From an uncultured Candidatus Saccharibacteria bacterium (GTDB lineage Bacteria > Patescibacteriota > Minisyncoccia > 2-02-FULL-40-12 > GWA2-44-9): DNA of 64,000 bases. The translations under genes were made by a program, and so were the position numbers. Numbering within the stretch: the stretch's first letter is position 1; every line of letters starts with the position of its first letter. Where the stretch lies: assembly GCA_964513645.1 (NCBI GenBank), contig CAZENF010000003.1, positions 26,425 to 90,424 on the forward strand, written 5' to 3'. Shown here piece by piece: positions 41,898 to 50,680 of this stretch. A model generated the notes under the pieces. That model did not search any database. It worked only from the letters and a program-made list of their open reading frames with translations, and was not told the origin of the DNA.

Positions 41898-41947
41898 CAA
41901 TTGGACTTATACTCCGGGCTACTTTGTAATATAATTAATGTATAGAA

Positions 41948-43540
41948 ATGCCTTGGTATAAAAAGAAAAAATGGTGGGCGGTTATGGCTGTTGCGGCGTT
42001 TGTCGTACTCTATTTCGGGTTTTTCCGTTCAGCCAAAAAACCGACTTATGAAATGATAACCTCAAAAAGAGGCGACCTGGTTCAGGAAGTCAGTGTAACC
42101 GGAAGAACAAAACCGGCGCAGTCCGTTGATATGCAGTTTGAGGCGTCCGGCCGCGTTGCCGCAATAAACTACAAGGCCGGAGACAAGATTAAGGCCGGAA
42201 CGGTTATCTTAAGTCTCGACAACCAAGATTTGAAAGCGCAGGTTCTCGAAAAAGAAGGCGCTCTCGAAGCCGCTAAAGCCGATCTGGATAAAACGATAAA
42301 GAACTTTAATTCTCTTAATGACTCCAATTTGTCGACATCTTTAAGAACCTCGCTTCAGAATGCTCAATCCAACCTCGATCAGGTTCAGAAAAAAGCCGCC
42401 GGTGATCTGGCGACCAAATATAATTCCGCTTTTAACATGATGCGCGAGGGGATAACCCAACTCGACAGTGGTTCGATCGTGCTCGAGAATATGAGGACTA
42501 CTTACTTCAGCGTCATTACGACCTGGAATTCCGCCATCCAGGATTATCAGAAGAATGTTGCCAGTTATGTTTCCCAGGCACGGAGTGCTTTTCCTGGTAT
42601 TGATCAGGCGAATATAACCATAAACACGGATTCGTACAATCAGATAGATGCTTCGCTGCAAAAACTTACGGTTGCCTGCCAGTATTTAACTTCGGCCTAC
42701 GGATATATCCAGGATATAATTCAGGGTCCGGGCCAGGTTTCATCAACCGACCGCACTACTATAAATACAGAAGCATCAACGATGGCCTCGACTCTTTCGG
42801 ATATTTCAAGCGCAGGTCGGGCGGTGGCGGACCAGAAAATTTTAAATGATAAAAATGTTTCCGATGCCCAGGCACAGCTCGCTTCAGCCCAGAGCGCATT
42901 TCCGACCCAGGAAGATATTGCTCAGAAAAATGCGGCGGTAAAACAAGCCCAGGCCGCGCTCTTGGCAGCCCAGGCCCAGCTTAACAACTCTCTGGTCATT
43001 GCACCTTTTGACGGAGTTGTCGGTAAGATCGATGTCGATCTCGGCCAGACTGTAAATTCATCCACCATCGTGGCTTCAATGATATCCTCGGCCGGTTACC
43101 AGCTTGAAGCCGATATTACGGAAGTTGATATATCCAAGCTTCATGTCGGAGAAAGCGCTGTCTTCACTCTGGACTCCTACGGTCAGGAAGTTAAATTTAA
43201 CGCGAAAGTAACTGCAATCGATACTTCCGAAACAGTTATCGAAGGGGTGACGACATATAAAACAACTCTTGATCTTGCCGATGCGGCCAACTATGATATC
43301 CGTCCTAATATGACCGCCAATATCGATGTTGAAACCGCGAGGAAAGCCGATGTTATCTCGATACCTCAAAGAGCGGTTATAACCAAGAACGGCGTAAAAC
43401 TTATCCGGATATATCATGGCGCCAAACTTCCGCTTGAAGAAAGATCAGTTCAGCTCGGTATCACCGGTAAGGACGGCTATGTTGAAGTTGTCAGCGGTCT
43501 GTCCGAAGGCGAGCAGGTTATAACATTTGTAACCAATTAA
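41948..43540 (+). CDS. HlyD/MacA-like periplasmic adaptor (membrane fusion protein) with long coiled coil
   Basis: N-terminal TM helix, biotinyl/lipoyl-like beta hairpins flanking a long Ala/Gln-rich coiled coil, C-terminal beta-barrel region. Confidence 0.65.
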   Translation: MPWYKKKKWWAVMAVAAFVVLYFGFFRSAKKPTYEMITSKRGDLVQEVSVTGRTKPAQSVDMQFEASGRVAAINYKAGDKIKAGTVILSLDNQDLKAQVLEKEGALEAAKADLDKTIKNFNSLNDSNLSTSLRTSLQNAQSNLDQVQKKAAGDLATKYNSAFNMMREGITQLDSGSIVLENMRTTYFSVITTWNSAIQDYQKNVASYVSQARSAFPGIDQANITINTDSYNQIDASLQKLTVACQYLTSAYGYIQDIIQGPGQVSSTDRTTINTEASTMASTLSDISSAGRAVADQKILNDKNVSDAQAQLASAQSAFPTQEDIAQKNAAVKQAQAALLAAQAQLNNSLVIAPFDGVVGKIDVDLGQTVNSSTIVASMISSAGYQLEADITEVDISKLHVGESAVFTLDSYGQEVKFNAKVTAIDTSETVIEGVTTYKTTLDLADAANYDIRPNMTANIDVETARKADVISIPQRAVITKNGVKLIRIYHGAKLPLEERSVQLGITGKDGYVEVVSGLSEGEQVITFVTN

Positions 43541-44272
43541 ATGCCAGGCGAAGATAACAAAATAATCAATATCCGTGGTCTCGAAAAGATATACGGAGAC
43601 GACGGAAGCGAAACTCCCGCACTTCGCGGGGTTTCTTTTGATATTCACAAAGGTGAATTTTTGGCGATAATGGGACCCTCCGGTTCCGGTAAATCAACCC
43701 TTCTCCACATTCTCGGTTTTTTGGACCGTCCAACTGGCGGCAGTTATATTTTTGAAGGCCGGGACATGAACAGTTATGACGATAATTCTTTGGCCAGTCT
43801 CCGTAACAAAAAATTCGGATTTATTTTCCAGGCATTCAATCTTCTGGCCAAAGCCAGCGTACTTGAGAACGTTAAACTTCCGCTGATGTATGCGGATATT
43901 CCGGAATCTCGTCAGAACGAGATGGCGACCAAAGCCATCGAAATCGTCGGTCTCACTAACCGTATAAATCATGAGTCGGGGAAATTATCGGGTGGTGAGA
44001 AACAAAGGGTTGCTATTGCGCGTGCGCTGGTCAATGATCCGGAAGTGATTTTTGCCGACGAGCCGACCGGCAATCTCGATTCAAAATCAGGCGGGCAGGT
44101 GATGGAATTTATAGAAAATCTGCACGACCATGGCCACACCGTCATCCTTATCACCCACGAAACTTACACCGCAGAATATGCCGAAAGGATAATTAAATTA
44201 AAGGACGGCGGGATTGAAAGCGATGAAAAAGTTATCAGCCGTCATCATCAGGGCGAAAGCTTCAGAAAATAA
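43541..44272 (+). CDS. MacB/LolD-type ABC ATP-binding protein
   Basis: GPSGSGKSTLL, LSGGEKQRVAIARAL, IFADEPTGNLD. Confidence 0.85.
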   Translation: MPGEDNKIINIRGLEKIYGDDGSETPALRGVSFDIHKGEFLAIMGPSGSGKSTLLHILGFLDRPTGGSYIFEGRDMNSYDDNSLASLRNKKFGFIFQAFNLLAKASVLENVKLPLMYADIPESRQNEMATKAIEIVGLTNRINHESGKLSGGEKQRVAIARALVNDPEVIFADEPTGNLDSKSGGQVMEFIENLHDHGHTVILITHETYTAEYAERIIKLKDGGIESDEKVISRHHQGESFRK

Positions 44273-45510
44273 TGACCATACGCAATACATTCAAAACGGC
44301 GGTCAGAGGTCTTACGAGCCACCGGTCGCGTTCAATGCTGACGATCTTAGGCATTGTCATCGGCATTACCGCCATCATGATCGTTATGGCGGTCAGCCAG
44401 GGCGCTAAGGACCTCATTCTTTCCCAGATCCAGGGCCTGGGTTCACAGACGATAATTGTCCGGGCCGGACGCGAGCCGCGGGGACCTTCGGATTTTACTT
44501 CGATATTTACAACTTCGCTTAAAGATCGGGAAGTCGAAGCTTTAAAAAATCCGGCTCTTGTCCGAGGAGTAGTTGCGGTTGCGCCGAATGTTGTCGGTTC
44601 CGGGACGGCGGTTTATAACAGTCAGACCAAAAACGCGACTCTTTTGGGCACTACTCCCGACATTCTTCAGGCTCTTCAGATATCTCCACGCTATGGTACT
44701 TTTATCGACCAGAACGATGTTCTGGGCCGGACAAGTGTTGCGGTAATAGGCTATCAGGTCAAACAGGATCTTTTCGGTGATTCGGATGCGGTCGGGGAAA
44801 ATATAAAATTTTATAACCGGAGTTTTAAGGTCATCGGTACTTTTGATAAGATCGGTCAAATCGGCGCTTTTGATATGGACAACACTGTTGTTGTACCGGC
44901 TACGACAGCTAATCAGTACCTTTTGGGTGCCGACCACTATACCGTGATAATGGTCAGGGTGAGTTCGGAAAAAATAGTTGAACAAGCCGCTGATGATATC
45001 CGCCAGACCTTACGTGAACTCCATAACATAACCGATCCTGACAAGGACGATTTCTTTGTTGCGACTCAAGCTGACCTCGCAGCCAGAGTCGGGACAATCA
45101 CCGGAGTTTTATCCGCGCTCCTATTGTCGGTTGCGGCAATTTCATTGGTTGTAGGAGGTGTCGGTATCATGAACATCATGCTTGTTTCAGTGACCGAAAG
45201 AACTCGCGAAATAGGTTTACGCAAAGCGGTCGGAGCCACGACGGGGGACATTCTGAAACAATTCCTTTTTGAATCAGTACTTCTAACCAGTACCGGCGGA
45301 GTGGTTGGCATAACTTTGGGCGCGATACTTTCTTTTTTGATGTCGATAGTTTTGACCCAAGCACTCGGAGTTAACTGGCATTTTGCTTTTCCTGTTGAAG
45401 GAGCTTTAATCGGGTTCGGGGTTTCAGCCGTGGTTGGACTTGTCTTCGGCCTTTATCCGGCCAGGCAGGCATCTCAAAAAAGTCCTATCGAAGCTCTTCG
45501 CTACGAATAA
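44272..45510 (+). CDS. FtsX-like ABC permease (MacB permease type)
   Basis: N-terminal TM helix, large periplasmic domain, C-terminal 3-TM FtsX domain (GVGIMNIMLVSVTERTREIGLRKAVGAT). Confidence 0.8.
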   Translation: MTIRNTFKTAVRGLTSHRSRSMLTILGIVIGITAIMIVMAVSQGAKDLILSQIQGLGSQTIIVRAGREPRGPSDFTSIFTTSLKDREVEALKNPALVRGVVAVAPNVVGSGTAVYNSQTKNATLLGTTPDILQALQISPRYGTFIDQNDVLGRTSVAVIGYQVKQDLFGDSDAVGENIKFYNRSFKVIGTFDKIGQIGAFDMDNTVVVPATTANQYLLGADHYTVIMVRVSSEKIVEQAADDIRQTLRELHNITDPDKDDFFVATQADLAARVGTITGVLSALLLSVAAISLVVGGVGIMNIMLVSVTERTREIGLRKAVGATTGDILKQFLFESVLLTSTGGVVGITLGAILSFLMSIVLTQALGVNWHFAFPVEGALIGFGVSAVVGLVFGLYPARQASQKSPIEALRYE

Positions 45511-45537
45511 AAAAATCCCCCAGAAGGAGGATTTGTT
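45511..45537. terminator. bidirectional terminator
   Basis: aaaaa-atccccc-agaa-ggaggat-ttgtt between convergent genes. Confidence 0.5.
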
Positions 45538-46134
45538 CTATTCGGGCAAACTATGACAGGTTCGGCATCTTGCTTCGTAAATATTTTCACCGCCGACGAC
45601 GACGGCATCTTTTTTGTCGCCGGCTTTATAATAGGTCATTTCGGCGCTCGGCGGCCACTGGCGGCATTTGAAACAAACAGCCAGCATTTTGTCGGTCCGG
45701 TGGGACATTGCCATGAAGTGCGGCATCGGTCCGAAAGGGTCGCCTTCGGAGGTCATATCGAGTCCTGAAATTATTATCGTCAGGCCGTGGTAAGGTTTAA
45801 ATGCCATCAGCATTTTCACAAGCTCGACGAATTTTAAATCAAAAAATTGGCCTTCATCCATGGCCAAAATATCTGGTTTATGGGATTCGAGAAGGGTGAG
45901 CACCTGTTCAGGTAATTCGACCGGGAAAGCTGGAAAGTCCGAGAATTTTTCGAATTCAGTGTCGTCGTGGTTCTTTTTTCTGCGCGAATAAATTTCACGT
46001 CCGCAGCGGGTATCTCTGACCGGTTTCAAGACCAGAGGCTTTTTCTTGGCATGCATTGCAACGTTTAGACGTCGTATCAATTCTTCAGATTTGCCTGAAA
46101 ACATCGGTCCGGTAATGACTTCCAACCGTGCCAT
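45538..46134 (-). CDS. tdk: thymidine kinase
   Basis: MARLEVITGPMFSGKSEELIRRL P-loop. C-terminal zinc ribbon CxxC...CxxC. Confidence 0.9.
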   Translation of the reverse strand: MARLEVITGPMFSGKSEELIRRLNVAMHAKKKPLVLKPVRDTRCGREIYSRRKKNHDDTEFEKFSDFPAFPVELPEQVLTLLESHKPDILAMDEGQFFDLKFVELVKMLMAFKPYHGLTIIISGLDMTSEGDPFGPMPHFMAMSHRTDKMLAVCFKCRQWPPSAEMTYYKAGDKKDAVVVGGENIYEARCRTCHSLPE

Positions 46135-46192
46135 GGTTTTGCCCCGCCCATGGTTAAAAGTGCTTCATATATTTTATCACCAAATTCTATAG

Positions 46193-46750
46193 TTACAAGT
46201 TGTTGGTCTGTTCACGGCCGGTCGAGAGTTTTTTGACCTCGCAATTCGCCCATAATCCGAGGTTTGCAGTTTTGGCCGACAATTCAGCCGAACTGAATTG
46301 TTCTGACTTTGAGGTGTCAGGTGCGTATTTGTAAGCAAAAGCAAAACCGCCTTTGACCAATTCTAAATTTACAAAAGTTCCGTCCGAAAGGTAAACATAA
46401 CCGAGCCAGCGACCGTATTTGTCCTGTCCGGAAATGTCTTTATAAAAAGTTATATATTTTCCTTCAACGAGTTTTCTGTTCTCTTCGGCCGCTTCTTTGG
46501 CGTAGCATTGGACCGGTTTGCGTGGGTCAACTTCTTCTGGCGTATCAATCCCGACGTAGCGTAGACGTTCTCCGTTCATGAGTTCGACAGTATCTCCGTC
46601 GACGGCTTTGAGGACCTTTATCGGTCGGCCGTATTCGGCTTTAACTGAACGGTCGTACACCAGAGCGGTCCCGCCGGGGCCGGCTTTATGGTAGGCCGAA
46701 AGAGCGATGAGGGTCAGACCGGCGATAAGATAAATTAGTTTTCTTTTCAT
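46193..46750 (-). CDS. thermonuclease (SNase-like) family protein, secreted
   Basis: Signal peptide. GDTVELMNGERLRYVGIDTPE matches the staphylococcal nuclease core. Confidence 0.8.
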   Translation of the reverse strand: MKRKLIYLIAGLTLIALSAYHKAGPGGTALVYDRSVKAEYGRPIKVLKAVDGDTVELMNGERLRYVGIDTPEEVDPRKPVQCYAKEAAEENRKLVEGKYITFYKDISGQDKYGRWLGYVYLSDGTFVNLELVKGGFAFAYKYAPDTSKSEQFSSAELSAKTANLGLWANCEVKKLSTGREQTNNL

Positions 46751-46751
46751 T

Positions 46752-47249
46752 CTATTTTAAGGTCCACCATCGGACCAGAATGACACCGAGTGCTATCAAA
46801 ATCTGGTAGGTGATACCCGGTAAGGGCTTGTGGTCAAGGAATGTTTTCGAATGTATCCAGACGTGGAAACGCTGAAGAGTTGCTATCGGTTCGTGGCGCC
46901 ATTTCCAGTAAACAAATTGAAGCGGGTCGGGGAGTATTCCGCCGACAACTCCTGCGACGATTATCCAAAAAGGAACGTTTAACCAGCTGAACACCAGATA
47001 AGAAACGGCCAAGCCAAGAAAAGCATCAAGGCCAATATTGAAAAGGTCCCGGTAAAACTGGCGGTTAATGAGCATGTCTTCAGCCATCATGTCCTCTTCT
47101 CTGACAAAAGAACCGACCGGATAATGCCAATGAGGTATCATGTCGGCGACGAAGTGACTGCCAAAAGCAACTGAAAAAGCAAGCACTGGGTGGTTGGGAA
47201 ATAAACTTGCCGCTGCGGCTCCTATTACTGCATGGGTACTTAAAACCAT
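46752..47249 (-). CDS. membrane-bound metal-dependent hydrolase-like protein (DUF457/YdjM-like)
   Basis: His-rich TM protein (HAVIGAAAASLF...HFVADMIPHW). Confidence 0.4.
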   Translation of the reverse strand: MVLSTHAVIGAAAASLFPNHPVLAFSVAFGSHFVADMIPHWHYPVGSFVREEDMMAEDMLINRQFYRDLFNIGLDAFLGLAVSYLVFSWLNVPFWIIVAGVVGGILPDPLQFVYWKWRHEPIATLQRFHVWIHSKTFLDHKPLPGITYQILIALGVILVRWWTLK

Positions 47250-47313
47250 AAGTAGGTATGATTATAACTAAAAAAACACCGTTTGTCGATGTTTTCTTAG
47301 TTTTTAGCCTTGC

Positions 47314-47763
47314 TTATTGTCCGGTTAATTCACTGGCTGAATTTGCACTGTCGGTTACGTTTGACGAACCCCGGCAGGATTTAACTGCTGACCGGAAAGT
47401 TGTCCAGGCCGAGTTGCGGGATGTCCTCCAGGTCTTGGAAGCGCTTTTTGCGGAAGTAGAAAAATTCAACCACGCAGCTCTAATGGCTGACCGTATCGAT
47501 GAGGTCGTGACGTTCTGATAGGCCGTCTGAAGGGCTGTTGTGCGGGCGGTGTAGGCCGACCCTATGGCCTGGGCATAAGTTCCGAAAGCCGAGTCTATCG
47601 CGGCTTCTCTCGTGCTGACCGCGGCGGCGACACAGGCTATGATTGCCGGATTTGGCGTGGCTTTTGGAGACGGGGTTGTTGAAGTTGAGTCTTTGGCCAG
47701 TACCGTCAGACCGGAAGCCATTATCACTGCAGCCATGGATAACCCTAAAATTTTATTGCTCAT
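47314..47763 (-). CDS. hypothetical secreted Ala/Ser/Thr-rich protein
   Basis: Signal peptide, low-complexity. Confidence 0.35.
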   Translation of the reverse strand: MSNKILGLSMAAVIMASGLTVLAKDSTSTTPSPKATPNPAIIACVAAAVSTREAAIDSAFGTYAQAIGSAYTARTTALQTAYQNVTTSSIRSAIRAAWLNFSTSAKSASKTWRTSRNSAWTTFRSAVKSCRGSSNVTDSANSASELTGQ

Positions 47764-47866
47764 TTTTATTAAAAGTTTTAATTATTTTTTTCGACCCTAT
47801 TATATTACGTATTATACAACATTTTCGGTGCCATTCAAAAAGGCAAATAAAAACCGCTTTCGCGGT

Positions 47867-48298
47867 TTATCCGATATTTATTAAAAGCAGGATGCCGGTA
47901 ATTATCGTACCGGTCGCTGCTATTAGGCAGTTTTTAGCAATCCATCCGTGGAGTCGGGGGTGCTCAAGACCAGTAACTAAAAACTTGGCGGTTACGAATG
48001 TGCCACAAAAAGCGACATTAAAAAGTTCGTGAACCCAGAAAAGATGGCTGTGATAATTGGGGCCCGGAATTTTCTGAAGTCTTATCATGATCTCGGTAAA
48101 CACAACTAAGGCGATAGTGGTGACCATTACGGCGTTGCCGAAGAATGTATGATATTTAAACCAAATGTAGCTTGCCGTGTTTGAATATTCCGGGTCGACA
48201 TTGAAGGACCTGGATATTTTGAGCATGCGTCCACAGAAAGCGGTGCCCACCAGAGAACAGACCATTAATACCAGCAAGGTATGAAGGATAAAGAGCAT
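47867..48298 (-). CDS. hypothetical 4-TM membrane protein
   Basis: Hydrophobicity pattern only. Confidence 0.4.
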   Translation of the reverse strand: MLFILHTLLVLMVCSLVGTAFCGRMLKISRSFNVDPEYSNTASYIWFKYHTFFGNAVMVTTIALVVFTEIMIRLQKIPGPNYHSHLFWVHELFNVAFCGTFVTAKFLVTGLEHPRLHGWIAKNCLIAATGTIITGILLLINIG

Positions 48299-48360
48299 TT
48301 GAATCTTTTAGTTGTAAAAGAGATATAAAATTATGTTAAATAAATTTATCCAATTTAGCA

Positions 48361-48397
48361 AGTAAAAACCGGAGCCCCGCCACAGGCGGGGCTCCGG
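48361..48397 (-). terminator. strong GC-rich hairpin terminator
   Basis: ccggagccccgcc-aca-ggcggggctccgg (13-bp stem) with a T-run on the minus strand. Confidence 0.65.
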
Positions 48398-48411
48398 TTG
48401 GTCCTTTTTAA

Positions 48412-49266
48412 CTACGGCGTTGGTGTCGGAGTAGGGGTTACAATCGGCGTGGGCGTCGGAGTCGGCGTAGCCGTCGGCGTTGGTGTCGGAGTAGGAGTAG
48501 CCGTCGGCGTTGGCGTTGCAGTAGGTGTAGGGGTTGCTGTTGGGATTGGCGTTGGTGTTGCCGTCGGGACGGGAGTCGCGGTTGGGACAGGGGTGGCTGT
48601 CGGAGCCGGTGTTGCCGTTGGAACTGGTGTTGCTGTTGGGGTCGGGGTCGGGGTCGGACTGTTTAGACAGCGGTTTTTAGGCAGTTTAAGGTCATGAGGA
48701 TTTATATTGTGAAGGGCCATCAGGATTCCTTTCCGGGCTGCGTTCTGGGCTTCGGGACTCATGCCATCATAAGCGGCAAGAATTGCCTTGTAAGCCGCAA
48801 TCGGGTCGGAGGTACTGTCGCATATCGGCTTTTTAGGAAGAGTTTCAACCCAGGCAAGTAAAGTGGACATGGCCGAGTTTATCGCATCGATATATGTCTG
48901 TTTATCCGAAGCGCTCATGGTGCCTGGCGCGCGAATCGCTTCTTCGTAGGATTTTACAGCTTTAAAAAGAGCGCCGTAGTATTTTTTCTCGTCGGAACTA
49001 TTTATATCTTTCAAAACTTGCCCGATGTCTTTGCCATGAAAGAATTTTGCTCCTTCATTATCAACCGGACGTCCGAACGACGCCATATATACCTGATTTA
49101 AAGTATTATCATCGACTCCTTGACTGACTCCCTGGTTGTTCTGGTCTTCTGAATCATGGGCGGATGCCGATGGAATATAATTTCGGGCCATTATGAGGCC
49201 GGACATAACTCCGACCGACAGAACGGCGACCATTGTTATTATTGTTATTTTTTTCGATATATACAT
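48412..49266 (-). CDS. hypothetical membrane-anchored protein with C-terminal Pro/Thr-rich repeat tail
   Basis: N-terminal signal anchor, ~190-aa globular domain, then ~80 aa of ([12 protein letters not shown]) repeats. Confidence 0.5.
   Translation of the reverse strand: MYISKKITIITMVAVLSVGVMSGLIMARNYIPSASAHDSEDQNNQGVSQGVDDNTLNQVYMASFGRPVDNEGAKFFHGKDIGQVLKDINSSDEKKYYGALFKAVKSYEEAIRAPGTMSASDKQTYIDAINSAMSTLLAWVETLPKKPICDSTSDPIAAYKAILAAYDGMSPEAQNAARKGILMALHNINPHDLKLPKNRCLNSPTPTPTPTATPVPTATPAPTATPVPTATPVPTATPTPIPTATPTPTATPTPTATPTPTPTPTATPTPTPTPIVTPTPTPTP
48418..48690. repeat. tandem degenerate hexanucleotide-multiple repeats encoding the PT linker
   Basis: ggcgtcggagtaggg / gttggtgtcgga units repeated ~15 times. 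Confidence 0.7.
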
Positions 49267-49440
49267 TTGTACTGACTGTAGCCGTGTTTGTTTATAAAAC
49301 CAGCTCTGCTAGTTTTAGCTCAAAAACAAGGCTTTTTATAGTGTTTTACATACTTAAGACGAGACGACCGGGTGAATATTACACAAAAACGGTCCAACAA
49401 AAAAGAGGCACTTTTGAACCCCTTTTTTGTTCAGAGATAT

Positions 49441-49746
49441 TTATTGCTGATAATAGTACCAGTTTTGGCCGTTGCCCATCATGTTGTTGCCTTGCATCAT
49501 CCGCGCTCCGCCCTGCATCATATTGCCGTCATAACCTCGGTAGTAATTTCTGAATTCGGCTTTAAATTCACCGACCTTAACTCCGATACAGAAAACAATC
49601 ACAAATGAAACTAAGCAGAAAAGAATTTTAAGCATATAGTGCTTGCGCCAGTGATAACCGCCGTGCATCCCGCCTGACCAACCTTTGCAGGACGGGCAGG
49701 CGCACCAACTCTCTCCTCCGCCGTTTTTGTTTTGTTCGTCCGTCAT
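49441..49746 (-). CDS. hypothetical small membrane protein with Gly/Met/Gln-rich tail
   Basis: CxxC..C N-terminus, one TM helix, MMQGG repeats. Confidence 0.35.
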   Translation of the reverse strand: MTDEQNKNGGGESWCACPSCKGWSGGMHGGYHWRKHYMLKILFCLVSFVIVFCIGVKVGEFKAEFRNYYRGYDGNMMQGGARMMQGNNMMGNGQNWYYYQQ

Positions 49747-49834
49747 AGTATTTAAATTTTTTGTTAAATTTTAACTCGACCCTTTTGTAATTGTATCACA
49801 AAAATTAATTTATGTTCAAAAGAAAACCGGCATC

Positions 49835-50041
49835 TTAAGAGCCGGTATCGGGCCAATGGTCAAGAGCCATTTCGGTTTGGATGGAGGTAAGAGCATTGGT
49901 TTTAAGGTTTCTCAACCTGGCTAAACATTCAGACTTATTTAACAAAAAACTCTGGCCGCTTAATGGGTCTAAGAATTCAGCATAAACATTCTGACCGATA
50001 GTCTTGTAGCCAAGAAAGTTAACCTGTGCCTGATAATCCAT
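49835..50041 (-). CDS. hypothetical small protein
   Basis: ORF only. Confidence 0.25.
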   Translation of the reverse strand: MDYQAQVNFLGYKTIGQNVYAEFLDPLSGQSFLLNKSECLARLRNLKTNALTSIQTEMALDHWPDTGS

Positions 50042-50187
50042 GTATGATGCATATAAAGCAACTTCCTAATCTATAATCTTGTAAAATCTGTCTTGTCAAT
50101 TATGATTTTCGGGTTCTATTTCCCGGGTTGAATTTAATTTATTTTTTAGGTAGAATAATTATTGTAATTTGTATATTCCGAAACGGG

Positions 50188-50208
50188 CCATTGAGCTACG
50201 CCGGAATA
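50188..50208 (-). repeat. 21-nt inverted copy of the 5' end of the downstream tRNA gene
   Basis: ccattgagctacgccggaata is the exact reverse complement of tattccggcgtagctcaatgg at 50417..50437. Confidence 0.7.
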
Positions 50209-50419
50209 AGAATTCCGGGGCTCTCCAATAAGGGTGGGCAAGTAGCGAAATGGGCGAAATACAAATGTCTTTGTATTTCGCGGGTTTTTCAGCAGAAAAA
50301 CCCAAGTTTTCAAAAAATAAGCGACGGCGCAATTTTTTGAAAAAGCGGCTCAGTCCTGAGCGTGAGCGAAGGACATCCGCTCTGCCATGCTATCCGGAAT
50401 AAAAATTGAAAATTTTATA

Positions 50420-50680
50420 TTCCGGCGTAGCTCAATGGTAGAGCGGCTCCCTGTGAAATGAATCGCAGCTTTCCATCGAAAGGTGGATTGAAACACTTCG
50501 GGATATCGGTGAAGCCCTAATTCGAAAGAATGGGTAATACCGAGGGAACCCGCAAGGGGCACCGTAGAGACTAGATACCGAAGCACCCTTTTTGGGGTGA
50601 TGATATAGTCCACACCATACGAAAGTATTGGGCAACGTGTAAGGAGATGGTTCCAGGTTCGAGTCCTGGCGCCGGAGCCA
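50420..50680 (+). tRNA. intron-containing tRNA, best fit tRNA-Asn(GUU)
   Basis: 5' exon 50420..50453 (TCCGGCG-TA-GCTC-AATGGTA-GAGC-G-GCTCC-CTGT). 3' exon 50640..50680 (TAA-GGAGA-TGGTT-CCAGG-TTCGAGT-CCTGG-CGCCGGA-G-CCA). The spliced anticodon loop CUGUUAA, U1-A72 and G73 fit Asn. Thr(UGU) is the alternative if the splice site is read 2 nt upstream. Confidence 0.7.

Noticed and set aside
47258-48032. Plus-strand ORFs 47258..47518, 47612..47884 and 47643..48032
   Set aside because: They overlap minus-strand genes that have signal peptides or TM topology. There is no independent support.
48418-48690. Possible CRISPR array suggested by regular short repeats
   Set aside because: The repeats are 6-18-nt coding tandem repeats with no spacer/repeat alternation and no cas genes. 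There is no CRISPR anywhere in the window.
48398-48697. 99-aa Gly/Val-repeat ORF on the plus strand
   Set aside because: It is exactly antisense to the Pro/Thr repeat tail of gene 48412..49266, which has a signal anchor and a globular domain. The GV frame is a by-product of the repeat.
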